Positions 13,650 through 28,300 are shown, counted from the whole stretch's first letter. The stretch: DNA of 63,187 nt, filler included, from Dugesia japonica (GCA_001938525.1; 6 parts of 6 records of this genome joined end to end with filler, not necessarily neighbours in it); one strand, 5' to 3'. The notes: a model not told the origin generated them from the letters alone. Translations and numbers: made by a program.

Positions 13650-14743
13650 ACAATGCTATGTATTCTTGAAATAATTTTAATAAAGTAAGAGCTATGGTTT
13701 AATTTATTGATTCTATTCAGATTGAACGGAGTACATCAATGTTACTTAAAGCATCTTATTTCAGTAAACAGTGCCTTAATCACCAATACTCATACAACAA
13801 ATTTATGAAAAGAACATTAGATATTGGTTTACAATAAAAGAAGCAACATTACATATGAAATATTTATTTACATGTATTTGTATTATACAAACGAAATATG
13901 TTTATTTGACAAAAAGTCTTGTTTATTTTTTCTTTTTAATAATACTAAGAAACAAAAGTACTCTATTTATTAAACTTGTTATTATTTTATATTTATTATT
14001 TAATTCTGTGAACAAATCATGAACATACATTTGGCATAACGCTAGTATGCATTTTACATAACATGCGCATGCATTTACATTACTACATCATATTACATGG
14101 TTATTATTTAAATAAATGCTATATTACTTATTAGTTTTTATATAAATAATGCAAGAAANAAACAAAATAATTATTCAAATCTATTTATTAAACAATAAAA
14201 TAATAATTATATTAATTCCGACCAAACAAATAAAATATCACAATGAATGAAAGTTACAGCAATACATTTATTTCTCTTTTGGATCTTCAATTCTTCCTTA
14301 ATTTTATTCATGAATATTGATCGGACAATAAATTTAACATACTCATGTTTTTTCAAATAGACCATTGTCAATCCTGCTTAAGAATTGTATGTCATCAACG
14401 GATCCACTGGTAATTTCATCTGCCAATGTTTTAATTTCTTTTTCCACTTGATTTATTTCGTCATCGGATCCACTCGTAATTGCATCTTTAATTTGTTTAA
14501 TCCCTCTTTTAATTTGGTTCGTTTTGATTATAACTTTGAATTGTAAAAGTGACTTATTTTACGAAACCTACAGTTTATATACTTTCTGCGATACATACAT
14601 ACTCGATATTTGTTAGTTTTTATTGGTNGTTACATATTTTAAAGAAAATTAATGGTTATTATTAATCTGAATTTAAATGATTAAGTGTATTTTTTTAATT
14701 TTTTTAAATGATATGATTTGTTATATAAAATATTTATGAAAAT

Positions 14744-15130
14744 GACGCAAACATACATTGTGCATGACGCAAGCATACATCGTGCAAGACGCAAGCATTC
14801 ATTTGGCATTCATTTCGTATGGTGACATTTTTTTACTTGATTGATATGTAAATAATATACTCATAAACCCTATAATATTGGGTTGCTATGTAAATAATTC
14901 ACTCATAAACCATATAATACAATCACAAATCCTATGACATTTGGTTGCTATATAAATAAAACATGGTAACTATAATTTTTTATCTGAAGTATATTAATAA
15001 ACCCTATAATACAAGGTACCTATGCAAATATTACCCCTAAAAAACCATACAATACATTGTTGTTATGTAAATAATACAAGGTAACTATGTAAATAATGTA
15101 TTCATAAACCCTAAATACTCATTAACTCTA
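14744..15130. repeat. Degenerate subterminal tandem repeats (22-bp x3 GACGCAAGCATACATCGTGCAx, then ~42-bp ATGTAAATAAT..CATAAACCCTATAATA units)
   Basis: Read directly; lies between the MCP and the TIR. Confidence 0.7.
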
Positions 15131-15489
15131 TACAATCATAAAAATATTTTCTTATAAGTTTTTATATAGACTTATTAGTTATATATGGAATTTTATGATA
15201 AAACGTTCTATGTTTTTATCATTTTGTAAAGAAATGTTCTCAGCTAATGAGACTTTTTATTAAAACTTGCAACACTAATGAGACTTTTTAGTAAAAATTG
15301 CGACACTAATATGTTTTTTTTATGAAAAAAGTTCTGTTTTTATCTGTCTTGTTAAGAAAAACTTTTATTTGAATATTTTATCATGTAAATATCCCAAAGA
15401 CTATCATCTTTAGTTATTTCTTATAAATATATTTTATCATTTAAATATCTAAAAGACTTTCTTCTTTGAATATTTTATCATTTTAATTT

Positions 15490-16798
15490 TAGACTGCCCT
15501 ATATCTTGTAATAATATCAAAAATATGAAGACTGTCTCAATTTTTTAATGATGAATGCAATATTTATGCATTAATGCAATACAGCAACACGTGCCTAAGA
15601 ATTTTTATTGATTTATTAATAAATGCAACTCAGATGCAACCCAGATGCAACCCAGATGCAACACACATACACTGAAAATCCTGCGTCTGAGAATTTTCAA
15701 TAAAATTTTCACCAAAAAATATTTTTTTAAACTCAACATAGTCGTCATTTTGATTTTTTTAAAACTTGAAAGTCATTATTTTGAATTTTTATTGATTTTC
15801 ATTGATTTTTTAATAAATTCTTTAAGTATCCAACTTAGAGGCAACTCAGATGCAACACACATACAATAAAATCACATGCCTATGAATTTTAGACTGCCCC
15901 ATGCCTTGCAAAATATCAAGTCTGCCCCATGCTATATATAGAATTTACCCGTTACTAAATATAGAAAGAAAAACTCTTCTTATTCAAAAATACTCACAAA
16001 ATACTCAAAAATACCATTACTTTCTAATAATTCATCAATTTGAGCCAAATACAGCATATTTTCTCAAAATAAAGATTTCAAAAGATTATGACGTCATAAC
16101 CACTTGGCAGAAAAATTTCAAATAGTTCTTAAAAAGTCTGATAATGAAATCTCATTTCCATCCATACCAATCTCCTCCTCACGAAAATGTTTTTAACACA
16201 CTAAAACTACTTACAAATATCTATCAATCAAATTAAAGCTCTTAAAATAAAAAATCAAAGCACATTCAAAATACAAAATAATCTCCATCACATAACCTAT
16301 CAACCATCCAAATCCAAATTACCACATACAAATCTACATCCTCGCAAAAAGCAACCTACGATAACTCATACGCCTATGGCAGTGCGCCACTACCCTTCCA
16401 GCAAAAATCATCCATCCAATCTCATAAGTTTTTTAGACAATGTATAAACGAAATTTTTGTCCAACCACAACCAAATCTTAAAAACTCCAAAAAAATTTTT
16501 TTCCAAGATCTCCGGCTCCTCCTCAAGTCCAAATTCATTCTTACACACAAACTCAACTTGACCTACTTTTTAAAAAACCCCTTAGCAACCAAATTTTAAA
16601 ATTTAAAAATACACACACATCCCCATTACCAAAAACATTTTGATTCAATCAAAAAACTTTTGATCCCAAAAATCTTGGAAAAAACTAACCAAAAATCATA
16701 GCACAATGGTAATGTGTTTCTGAGCCCTTCTCAAGGGGAGGGAGTGCGCGATATCTGCTTTTAAAATGTGCTTAAAATTGTGCTTATGAGCTACTATC
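15490..16798 (-). mobile_element. Polinton-type long terminal/subterminal repeat ending in ...ATGAGCTACTATC
   Basis: ~15990-16690 is the reverse complement of ~32935-33700; 15730-15930 matches 34040-34210 directly; terminal motif shared with 21810, 32576 and 40657. Confidence 0.72.
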
Positions 16799-17990
16799 CC
16801 CTTACTAATACTGAAAAAATGATAGAAAATCAACAAAAAGGGAGAAGATCGACAAAATGAAGAAGAAAAAGAAACAGATGTAGAATATGAAGATCCAGAA
16901 ATGGATGTTAAAGAAATTTCGTTCAAAAACGGAATTGACCTATAAGAAACTTCTACCCATGTATTTGATTTAGGTATTATTTAACTATTTTGAATAATAT
17001 TAATTAGTTTTAGAATTATTTATTGAATTAATGGAGAAATTGGACCAATCTCTTAATGCACGCTAGAACTGGTTAATTTTAAAATAAAATAACTGACTGG
17101 ATTAAACATCAAAATTGTTATGGATATTTATAACAATTATCATAATGAATATTTCAAATTTGACGCTTGTAAGAAAAATTTGAAACGAAAGATTATTGAC
17201 TCAATATATTCAGAATGTACTAAAAACATTTTTTATTATATTGTGAAATAAATTTTCTGTGTATAGTGGTATTTTCAGTTCACTTATAACTTGGTTGTCA
17301 TAAAAGAAAATTCAAATAAAAAATAATTTTCAACAGAAAATTCTTTAAAAAAACGTTCAAAAAAAACAATTTCTGATAATTAAACAGTTTAATAATAATG
17401 CGTTGTTTAAATAATACAGACTGTATAAACTCATTTTTTATTTTTGTTTGATGATGACGGTTGATTTGTCAAAATATATAACAGTAAAGTTTTATTTTAA
17501 ATGGCGTTATTTATTTTTTAATAAAAATAATAATCATTTTTAAAGTAATTTTAGATCATTCAACTCAGAATTAAAAGATCTATTGAAGTATAATTTACTT
17601 TTCTTAAAACATGTTTGGTTATAGTGAAAAATAAAGACATAATTAATATAGCAAGATTTATTTCAATAATTATTTAATCTTTATTGAACACATTTGTACT
17701 GGTTTGTATTGAAACACTAAAAATAAATGCATTTAATTATTCAAATAAAAATTAAACAAATAATACATGTTATTGTTATGATCTATGGTTTTATAATGAA
17801 TCGTTAATTTTCACGTAAAATATCAGCCAAGTCAACTTTTTTCTCTACTTTCTACAATTTTATCAATATTCATTGTCAATAAGTTCAGTAATTTAATATT
17901 CGTTTATATTATTTAAAATCAAAATCAATTAATCAACCAATAGCATTAGCAGCATGAAGACTAGTAAATTGTACACAAACAATAAGTAAC

Positions 17991-18660
17991 ATGCAATCAT
18001 TGTCAAGAATTTATCTAAAATTAATATCAAGTTGTTGTAAAGGACAAAACCGAACNNNNNNNNNNNNNNNNNNNNNNNNNNNNNNNNNNNNNNNNNNNNN
18101 NNNNNNNNNNNNNNNNNNNNNNNNNNNNNNNNGGCGTGTTAAAAAAGTGGTTATCGAACAAGTTAGCGTTCAGTCTGAACAAGCGAATGTTGAAAAGATT
18201 CCAAACAAGACCGTATAAAACCTTGAGTATTAATGATTTATGGCAAAGGTATTTGATGGAAATGATACATTATTCAAGAATTAATAAAGGATAAAAGTAT
18301 ATTTTGACATGTGTTGATGTGTTTAATAGATTTTTAATAGTTTTACCGATAAAATCAAAATCTGCTGATGAGCTGAAAGCTGCAATCAAAAATTCTTTAA
18401 ACAAGGACATCTATGAATTGAAAAAGTACTTTGTACATACGGGTAATAAAACCTGGATACATATATTACCGAAAGTATTCAATAGTTATAATTATACAAG
18501 TCACAGAGGATTAAATGGAGCAAGACCCATTGAATTACCATTTGATAATTCAATGAAATTATGGCTTTTCAGGCAACAACCAAAAGTAGTCAAGAAACCA
18601 AAATATAAAGTTGGTAATCATTTTAGAATCTCAAAGATATCAGCTTCACCATTCATCAAG
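17991..18660 (+). pseudogene. Polinton/Maverick retroviral-like integrase, decayed with internal deletion
   Basis: VLKKWLSNKLAFSLNK..RF..INDLWQ, YSRINKG*KYILTCVDVFNRF..LPIKSKS, TWIHILPKVFNSYNYTSHRGL, PKYKVGNHFRISK. The central catalytic segment is missing; the start at 17991 lies across a gap and is uncertain. Confidence 0.85.
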
Positions 18661-21164
18661 AATGCAATTAATTCATTATATAAAATAAAAAAATCGAATT
18701 AAAATTAATAATTAAGATATAAGAAAAAAAATATAAAAAATAATTATTAGATGAAAATTAAAATTAGATTAAATTTTGGCTTAGAAATGAAAACAGAAAT
18801 TTAATTAATAAATTAAGAAGAAAATAAAAATAAATGATATATTTATTAAATAAAATAAAACATACAGATTAAAATGATTTATTATAAAAAAGAAATTAAA
18901 TTTATAGGAAAATATAAGAAAATGAAGACAAAAATAGTGGTTAAGAAGATTATAATCACGAAAACGTCGTGGATTTCAAATATTCAAGTCCAAAAATTAT
19001 AGCTAGACCAGAGAAGATGCTAGAAAGATTTTAAAATTAACCAATTGGATTCCAGTTTTGGGATTCCAAAATTTTTACCAATAAAAAAAACTGAGGTGAC
19101 ATAAAATGAAAAATCCAACCAATAAAAACATTAGAAAAATTAAACGATGCCCATTAGTCAATAAAAAGAAAGAGGGCGTACGAGAAAATAATATAAATAC
19201 AATTGTTATTTTCAGCAGAAATCTTTCTAATTTTGAATCAAAGACAAATTCGATCAAGTTAATCAAATTACTCATAAACGGTAATTAATTGGCAAGTTTT
19301 GTTTAACAGCGGTTTACGACTCAAAAAATATGAAATACGGAAGACCCCAAGTGTATAATTAATCACCATGGTTACGAGAGAGAGTGAAAGTAGGCAACGT
19401 GTAGGTGTGCAATGGAATGAAAACATCGATTACACTAGTAGGAATATGGATACTGCGTAGGTGGGTAATCAATTTAGGCAATGAAGAGGGTAAAATTCTA
19501 GAATAGATGACTAATTGGACACAAAAATCAATTCAAATGAATCGCCATAGAAACTTAATTGGCTATGTGCTTGCTCCGGATCGATTTACAGCTCATGTTA
19601 GTTTTGTTCACTTTATGTTACTTTTAATTTGATTTATAATCAATGAAATATTTGANAATCACAATACAATTTCATTAAATGAAGTCTTTTTGTAAATAGT
19701 TTAACCATTGGTGCAATGAAAAAAATGTTAAAATTTGTTGGTAGATAATATTGATTGATTAAAGTTCTTTTGTAATTATTCCTTAAAGAACTAATTAAGT
19801 AAAACTTTCTAGAATAATTCATGTAGAAATAATTAATTAATTATTTCAATTTATAATAATTCATAATGATTTCTAATAATGAAATAATGATATATTTCCC
19901 TGCTTAAACAAAACATGATTAGTAACCTTTGGTTAGAAAAAAAGATAATAACTAATAAAGTTATAATTAATGAGGATTAAGTAGGAGTCAAAGAATTAAG
20001 GAAGTATGCCATAAAATATCAGAAAGTATGAACTCAAAAAGAATACGAACATACACTCAAACCAAGGGTTACGAGTCACCGGCTTCATTCTGAAAATCTA
20101 AATCGGGCGTCTAGGTTAACTCTTCGCGCAATTCTACAAGATCAGACCACCATAGACGGAAATTACATTTAAATTCCCTAGATAAAACCTCAACATTATT
20201 ATCCGATACATAACTAAAATCACTATTATTATAATAACCGCAAATAGGATATTTAATATTAATAATTAATAAATTAGGGTTACAAAATCTGTCTTTTAAC
20301 CTTATCAGTATGATCATTTACCATTTTCAACACTATAGATATCTTTGAAGAGTTTCAGTATCATTAGTTGAATTATGATTAAAGTCTAATTAGGACTGTT
20401 TTCTAGCATCTTAACTTTATCCTCAATCTTTAATCATAACGGTTTACTTCATTATTAAACAATGGGACTTTGACTCCTTGTTCACTTTAATGCTAGTAAT
20501 TATAGATTATCTCATGTGTCAAAAAACAATAATGGTCATTCAGTAATCATTATAATAGCGATTATTGAGTAACTATGCCATTAAAATAAGTCCACTACAC
20601 GCCGATTGAAAATAAATAAATCATCAATAATTAATCTATATTTCTGAAAATGATTGAAAACACACCACAAAATTCGCAATTTTTATAGTGGTTTGTTAAG
20701 AGGCCTATCCGAGCATTCGGGCTGAAATGCAACTAAATAGGGACAACTATCAACATACACCAATTGAGCACACACTTGTCAGTGACTTTATAAAAAGATC
20801 GCGANNNNNNNNNNNNNNNNNNNNNNNNNNNNNNNNNNNNNNNNNNNNNNNNNNNNNNNNNNNNNNNNNNNNNNNNNNNNNNNNNNNNNNNNNNNNNNNN
20901 NNNNNNNNNNNNNNNNNNNNNNNNNNNNNNNNNNNNNNNAAAAATAATACAATAAAATTACATAAATATCTAAAACATTTTTCACAATAAATTAATCACA
21001 CAAAACAATTATTATTTATAATATTTAAAAATTAATTTTTTCTTACAACAAACAAAATTATTTAATTAAAAAATAAAAATTTAAATTAAATAAAGTTCTT
21101 TGGAAAAAAATAAAATATTTTACTTAAAGCAAGAAAGTTATGAACTTTGATAATCTTCAATAAT

Positions 21165-21680
21165 TCATGTATTTTTCGGTGGAACTAATTGATTCTTTAC
21201 AAATGGCAATGAACTGTAGAAATCCGAGTCAATATCTATTTTCCCAGTAATTAATTCTTTTTCAACTTTCTTATAATACCATTTCTCCAAACATCGTAAC
21301 GTTGCTGGTTGAAAGTCTTCATGAAATTTATTGGCAAATAATTGTGGCGCTTTAACTAATTTTGGTAAATCACCAACACCCAAAATACAAATTTCTCTAA
21401 CTATTTTTCTGCTGTTGCAAGAATATTGTCCCCAATTCTTAAATCGGGTCATAAAATAACCGAGATAATCTTCTTTTGGTACATCATCCTCTGGACTTCC
21501 AACGAATGAGCCAGGAATTCTGAAGTGTGAATTAAAATTCAAAGATGTGAAAAATGTTTCATCAGGAATAATTTCGTCTTTCAAAACTTCTAATAAAATT
21601 TTTGCTTTTGGCGATTCAAATATATAGGCAATAAAATCATGATTAACTGTGATGTGTACTGATCCTTTGTACCAAATTAT
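21165..21680 (-). CDS. Core-2/I-branching beta-1,6-N-acetylglucosaminyltransferase (GT14, GCNT-like), terminal exon
   Basis: Open frame after acceptor TTTTTTTCAG: WYKGSVH..IPDETFFTSLN..TRFKNW..C..VREICILGVGDLP..LFANKF. Confidence 0.9.
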   Translation of the reverse strand: MIWYKGSVHITVNHDFIAYIFESPKAKILLEVLKDEIIPDETFFTSLNFNSHFRIPGSFVGSPEDDVPKEDYLGYFMTRFKNWGQYSCNSRKIVREICILGVGDLPKLVKAPQLFANKFHEDFQPATLRCLEKWYYKKVEKELITGKIDIDSDFYSSLPFVKNQLVPPKNT

Positions 21681-21801
21681 CTGAAAAAAAAATTATGGGA
21701 ACTAAATAAATAAATCACACAATATGAAAATTGAAATATTTTTAATTACATTTTTAATGGATTATTAAAGGTTATTCAAGTACAATCGAACCTGTAATGT
21801 C

Positions 21802-21960
21802 AGTAGGTAGATAGTAGAGCATAAACACAGAATGGGTTATCGAGCTCCCCCTTTTAGCGAAAAATTATAACACTGTGCTTTAAATTTGATATGGGTTATC
21901 GTGAATTTTTTTAAAAGATTTATGTGGCAATCAATTTTTTGATCGGATCAATTTTTTTAA
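21802..21960 (+). mobile_element. Short fragment of the Polinton-type TIR inside the GCNT intron
   Basis: AGTAGGTAGATAGTAGAGCATAAACACA matches the reverse complement of 16779-16798; TTTTTGATCGGATCA matches ~32954. Confidence 0.6.
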
Positions 21961-22936
21961 ATCGGAATCGGGGTTAATTTTTCATAGAAAATTCATATTT
22001 TTAGGGTGTAGTGCGTTTATTCAACTTGATTTATTTTAATACAAATTTCTCGATTTCCAAAAGAGTAAGCCCTCTTATAACACAGTACTTCTACAACAAG
22101 GTTCAGAAAAAGCGGAAACCTTCTTATAACGCCGTACTCCTACAGTGAGATTTCCTACAACGTGATATTTTCTGAGAAAATATCTATCGCAATTTTAGGA
22201 GGGTTACCTGTATTCTGTTAATTAATTCAACTACTAATTTATATAGTATACATATCAACTGCTTATTATTTATTGTATTTCATTCTTCTTTCGATATTAT
22301 TTTATCTTTATGTCACGAAAACAGCTAATGTTCTTGAATAAACAATCAACAATGATAAGAGAAACTAATTTATAATGGAATATGGTGAAATATTGAAATA
22401 AAAAATATTGTTTTCTAGCTTTTTTTGAAAATCCAAAATTGAAATTACGATAAATTCTTCTCGACTGAAGTAAATTTTAAATAATTTTTAAAAATAATTT
22501 ATTTTGTGTACATTTTGCATGGTCGTAAAAATTTAATATTGTCAATCAAAATCAATAATCGTTTTACGTGTAGATGATGTATAAAATAAAAAAAATTTTG
22601 AAAATTAAAAAAAAACACTAATTGCTTAATGGTTAAAACTTATTAAATTACATTTTAAATAAAAATGTACTAGTTAAAATAAATATTGATTTTTTAAAAA
22701 TTTTGATAGAAATGAAAATTTAAATGATTTTTATTATTTTTCTACAGTTGAAAACTTACTATTTTTTAAAAAAAAATTTAGCATATTACATTTTAAGATT
22801 AATTAAAAATTTCATAAATTATTGACTTTGATGAATNNNNNNNNNNNNNNNNNNNNNNNNNNNNNNNNNNNNNNNNNNNNTTAATTAATTAANNNNNNNN
22901 NNNNNNNNNNNNNNNNNNNNNNNNNNNNNNNNNNNN

Positions 22937-23170
22937 TTACTGCCTCTATTTGATTACTCTATTCATTGGTTTACTGAAACTCCTGGTTTTTACTGTATTA
23001 CATAGCTTTACTGTGTCACATCGATCTTACCATGTTACATTGGCTTACTCTATCCCTTGGTTTACTGTAACACGTGGATTTTATTTTAACACATTGGCTT
23101 ACTGCATATATTTCCTTGCTCTGTTCATTTTTTTTACTGAAATACATAGGGTTCACTGTATTACATAGGC
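22937..23170. repeat. Degenerate ~18-19-bp tandem repeat (TTACTGTxxxACATTGGx)
   Basis: About 12 degenerate units at the scaffold start. Confidence 0.6.
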
Positions 23171-23299
23171 TTGTTGTGAACAGTGACGCGTTGACAAAAA
23201 ATGAAGCCATAGACACACACATTTTTGGGGCCTTTTGAACATATATACGGAGAGTAGACTGGTGTCTATGATCAATAAGTTGCCCAAAAACAGGAATTT

Positions 23300-24770
23300 A
23301 AGCTTAAAGCCATTTTGTGAGAGTTAAGTTAAATGGGGGTAATGATTATTTATAGCAATAATTTTCAAAAAATGTGACGCTATTTGATTTTAGTGAAAAA
23401 AGTGTGAAAAGCCCATATACATGTATTGCACAAAGTCAAAACTTGTTACTGCAGTGGTACATGACTCAGCAGCAGCATTACCTACTGAATTTAGTAAGTG
23501 ATTAGAACACGAAATGTAATCTGCAGCCGGGCTTTTACCTTTGATGCTAGTTTGCAATTCAATCTATGCTTCGTACATATTGTTTGCATTGTAGTGGCTT
23601 TGTTCTCTGCATTTTGTAATATTGATACCCCATTTCTTAAGAGTGTCAAAGATTACTTGGAATAAATATGCAACATCATGACCTTGATATCAATGAAAGA
23701 AAAAAGTCTTTCTTTTACGTTTCCGCCTGATAAAATATACCTAAAAACAAAAATGGTATGATCCATATGACTCAAATTGAGTGTTGCATCAACCATCAAT
23801 GCAAAATACGTGGCCACTAGTACCTCTTCAATAAATTGAGCTCTTATATTGTCTTCCATAATGCCTATTCTTGGACAGAAAGCAATGTCATGGTCGCGAC
23901 TACTCTTTTCAGTACACTCCTCCATATTGCTGCTGTTTTTTAAGTTGTTTCACCATTTTTGTATATATTTCTGTATATATACGTCTTTTGAAAACGTTAT
24001 CATTGATTCTTTATGTGCAGTTAGTACTACTAATGCGTTTTTCAGATCGAAATAATCATTAGTTAGTTGTGTTTACTTAGCAAAAACAACTTACAAACGT
24101 AGCAATAAATTTTTCCGGTTGTTTNNNNNNNNNNNNNNNNNNNNNNNNNNNNNNNNNNNNNNNNNNNNNNNNNNNNNNNNNNNNNNNNNNNCAGAAAAAT
24201 GTTGATTGCATCTTCTATATAAATCTTTGACTTGAATTCCTTGCATGCTTTTGCTCATTTCAATATTCACATGTTTTGGTTCCCGAGTCAAAATTTCTTC
24301 CATCAAAGTTTCAGTTATATTACTTTAGGATATAATATTTCAGTTTCGAAAAATTTATTATTGTGAATTTCACGATCGTCTGAACGATAAAGAGGCTCTT
24401 TATCATTATTTTTTGAACCATGTGTCTATTCGTTTAGGATAAAGTGAAATTCTTTTTAAATTTCATAATCTCCTTCCATTTGAAATGGTGATGTCATACA
24501 TATTAGCTAAGATGGTGTACGTGTTGGTTGAAAATGATCAATGACTATTACATTCACATTTGTGAAAGATTTCAAATGGCAACTCTTATCTTCTGCATTC
24601 GTATTATAATTCGTATTAGTCGTAACACGAACTACAGTTTCGTCATCAACATGTTTACGACTTACAAATGCATCAAACGGCTTTTTTGTTTCTTTGCTCA
24701 TTTATAGTATATGCTTCTTTCTTTTTGCAGCTCAAGAATTGTAGCTACATTTGATTGAAGCAGATTTTAA
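23300..24770 (-). pseudogene. hAT transposase remnant (ZMYM1/Tip100-like)
   Basis: YFALMVDATLNLSHMDHTIFVFRY..VKERLFSF; INITKCREQSHYNANNM; YISCSNHLLNSV. Confidence 0.8.
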
Positions 24771-25330
24771 TCAATATTTCGATTTTATTGTTGGTCTAGA
24801 ACAAGTATAAAAAAGCTGCACTGAAAAAGGAAATTTAAAGCATCAAGACCCAAACCAATACCTAAGAAGAGAAAGAAAAGATACTATAAATAAGAGAGAA
24901 AATAAATAAATATACATGCGGAATTAAAAGAAAGAATATTAAAAAAAACAAAAGTTAACAATATATAACTTATTTATAATTTGTAAATGATATAAAAGTA
25001 ATAATATATTTAAATGAGGAATATCCAAAAATGTTATTATATATTAAAATGCATGAAAATATTATAAGGTAAAATAATTATTAGTATTATTCGGAGATTA
25101 AGTAAAACAAAATTAAAATTATTATTATCATATCTAAATAAAGGATTATTTAGTAAAATGAAGTGCTGGTATTTTTATAGTAAAATGGGATGCTTATCTA
25201 AAATCAGTTTAACTATTAAAATCAAAATTATTATTGCGAAAGTTATTACAATATAATTATATAAATAAGGTTGTAAGCAGTTATGATAAATGAGAAATAC
25301 CATTATTAAAGATTACTATTAATATTGTTA

Positions 25331-28300
25331 TTATTTTATTATCAGAATCACCTTTAATATCCAGTTATCTTTTAATACACGAGTTATTGACTCTTCATCT
25401 TGTTTGCTGTTGCTGTCAAGGATATATTTATTATTCTGATCGATAATAACCACGATACATTTCTTTTTTTGGAACTTTTCTGGCCATGGTCCTACTATAT
25501 TAATATATATTCTCTCAAACGGCCTTGCCAACTCGGATTTTATAGTTACTTCTTTAGTTTTAGTTGTTTCCACCTTCACACGCTGACATGCTAAGCATCT
25601 GTCCACGATTTCCTTTACACTTTCCAACAATCTAGTCATGCCATAATGTTTTCTAATATTTTTGGCAACTTTTTCTGTTCCTGCGTATGCTTTCAACTGA
25701 TGCATTTCTCTGATCATATCCGATTTTCTTTTTGCTAGTATCAAAATCTTTCCGTTTTGTGTTAATATCTGAACATCTATTCATTGGAATCTCTCTTCTT
25801 TACCATCTTTGATCTGTTCTCATATTAGTCGTATCTCTTCATTATTTCTTTGCCATTTTGATTTCTCCGTTATTGTATTCAGTCATCTCGATTTTAACTT
25901 GCCCCTATAGGATCTTCGTGTAATATCATGGATTGTACATATGTGCCACATGCCTGCCTTGAGAGAAAATCCACATTGCCATGTTTGTCACCTTTCCGAT
26001 ACTGTAAATCAAAGTCTAATCCAATTAGGTAATTGATCCAATTTTGAAACTGTGCGTTATAGGTTTTTTCGTAGTTAACATAAACGTAATTACTTTATGG
26101 TCTGTTCGTAGAGTAAATCTTCGCCCATATAAGTACTGACTGAAATGATTGCAAAAATAGACTATCACTAACAGCTCCTTTCTTGTTATACAATACCTCA
26201 ATTCGTGATTATTCATTGCGTGTGATCCATACGCTATTACTTTTTCTTGTCATTGTTGTCAATTTGTGATAATACGGCACCAATAGTATTGTAGCTTGCA
26301 TCTGTATCCAGTATGAATTCTTTTCTGACATCCGGAAACACTAAAATTGGTGGCTTTGTTCCACTTCTTTCATATCTTTGAATGATTGTTCGCAGCTCTC
26401 TGTCCATGCTAATTTCTTTTTATTTACACTGCACAGTTTTTCTAGTTCTCTAGCTTTCTTTGTGTTATCCTTTATGAATCTTCTGTAATAACAACATATT
26501 CCCAAGGAACTTTTCAATCCTTTCTTGCATTTCAGTCTTTCGTATGTCTGTATTGCAACCAATTTTGCTGGATCGGTCTAAACTCCTTTATCATTTATGA
26601 TTTGTCCCAAAAATTTAATCTCTTTTCTTAGCAATTGACATTTTGACGAATTCAAACGTAGTCCTGCTTGATGTATTTTACTAAATACTTTATCCAGTGT
26701 TTTAGAATGGTCTTCCACGTTTTTTGAATATATTAGAATATCGTCTCAATACACCGTTGTTTCCTTTGTTGTACCTAAAACCTTTGTCATGTGTTCCTGG
26801 AGTTTCTCAGGCCTGCAGCTATGGCAAACGGTATTCTATTGAAACAGTATTGACGTGACTTTGTTGAAAAGGCTGTTTTATCTTTTGACTTTTCTTCTAG
26901 TTCAACTTGATAGTAAGCATTACCTAAATCTAATGAGCTGAAGAATTTGGACCCACCTAATCCATGTGGAATCTCCAGTACATTTGGCATTGGAAATGTT
27001 TGTCTTTCCGTAATAACGTTTAGCTGTCGAAAATCCAGACAGAGATGAACATCTTTTTTTTCTTTTTTCCAGATACATATCAACGGAATGTTCCATGTTG
27101 AATTGCACTTTCGCATAATTCCATTTTCAAAAAAATTACGTACTCCTTTGTTTTATCTTATTCTCTAGGTTCAAAGGTGTTCTCCATGGTTTAACATTTA
27201 TAGGTCCTTCTTTTGTCACTATTTTATGCTTCACCAGTTTTGTGCATCCTATGTCCCATTTATCTGCCATAAAGATGTTTGAATGTTTTCTTATCAACTC
27301 CTTGATCGTTTCATTTTCCAATGTATTCATCTCACTCAAAGCCTTTTGGCACGTTTCTTCATCTGTCATAATCCTTCCAAAATGCGGATCGATATTGCAA
27401 ATCCGATCTTGATTATCTCTTTCTGCTGTATCTATCCAATGTATTTCTAGTCCAAAACTGGTCTGCAACTCAATGCCACCAATTATGCTAGAGATCACCT
27501 TTTCCACAACTATGAAATTAACCCATCTATTAATATTGCCGATCCTCACTTTCACCTCAAATCTCCCCTTGGTACTTAATAAACTGTCGTTAGCGCACCG
27601 TAGTCTGTCCTTGGTTGTTAGTAACGGGATATCCTTGAATTTGTTAAACACATCCATACCCATCACACTAATTCTTGCTCCGTTATTCAGTAGTCATTCA
27701 AACTCCATGTTTTGGATCTTTATCGCAATACGTGGTCTACCCTGCATTATATCACATATAATCACATCTTTTCCCTATTCTTCCACTGTTTCGATTGTTG
27801 GTTCTACTGATGATTCTCCCTTAATTACTGATATCTCTTTCTTTAAAAAATTATAAACGNGTTCCTTGACATCATCCTCTATATTATTTATATGACTACA
27901 TTTACTACAACTATCGATATTTTGGGGATCACCCATTAGATTTTGAGTTCTAAAGCTTCTACCATCTCCCCTGTTGGTAGAGCCTCTCCGTTTGAGTTTC
28001 TCCTTGATTTATATACATTTGCATCATATCTGTTGTTACCATATCTAACGTCTTCATAGCTGTCGTCCTCATATTTCTTGTTTCATCATTTTTCACTGCA
28101 TTGATGTTAACATGCCTACCCGGAAATGGGGGTTTTTACCTCGCATTTCTTATATTCCAAAGAATACTCATTTCATCTCTTGTACTTTGTGAAACAGTCT
28201 TTGGTTTTATGACCGTTTTTGTTGCATTTTGCGCACTTTATCTTGTTGCACTGTCTTCTTATATGCCATACATTTCCACATGCGTAGCATGTAGGAGGAT

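Noticed and set aside
16820-17250. Acidic exon-like segment with a 40-nt intron abutting the TIR end
   Set aside because: Multiple stops and no recognisable family.
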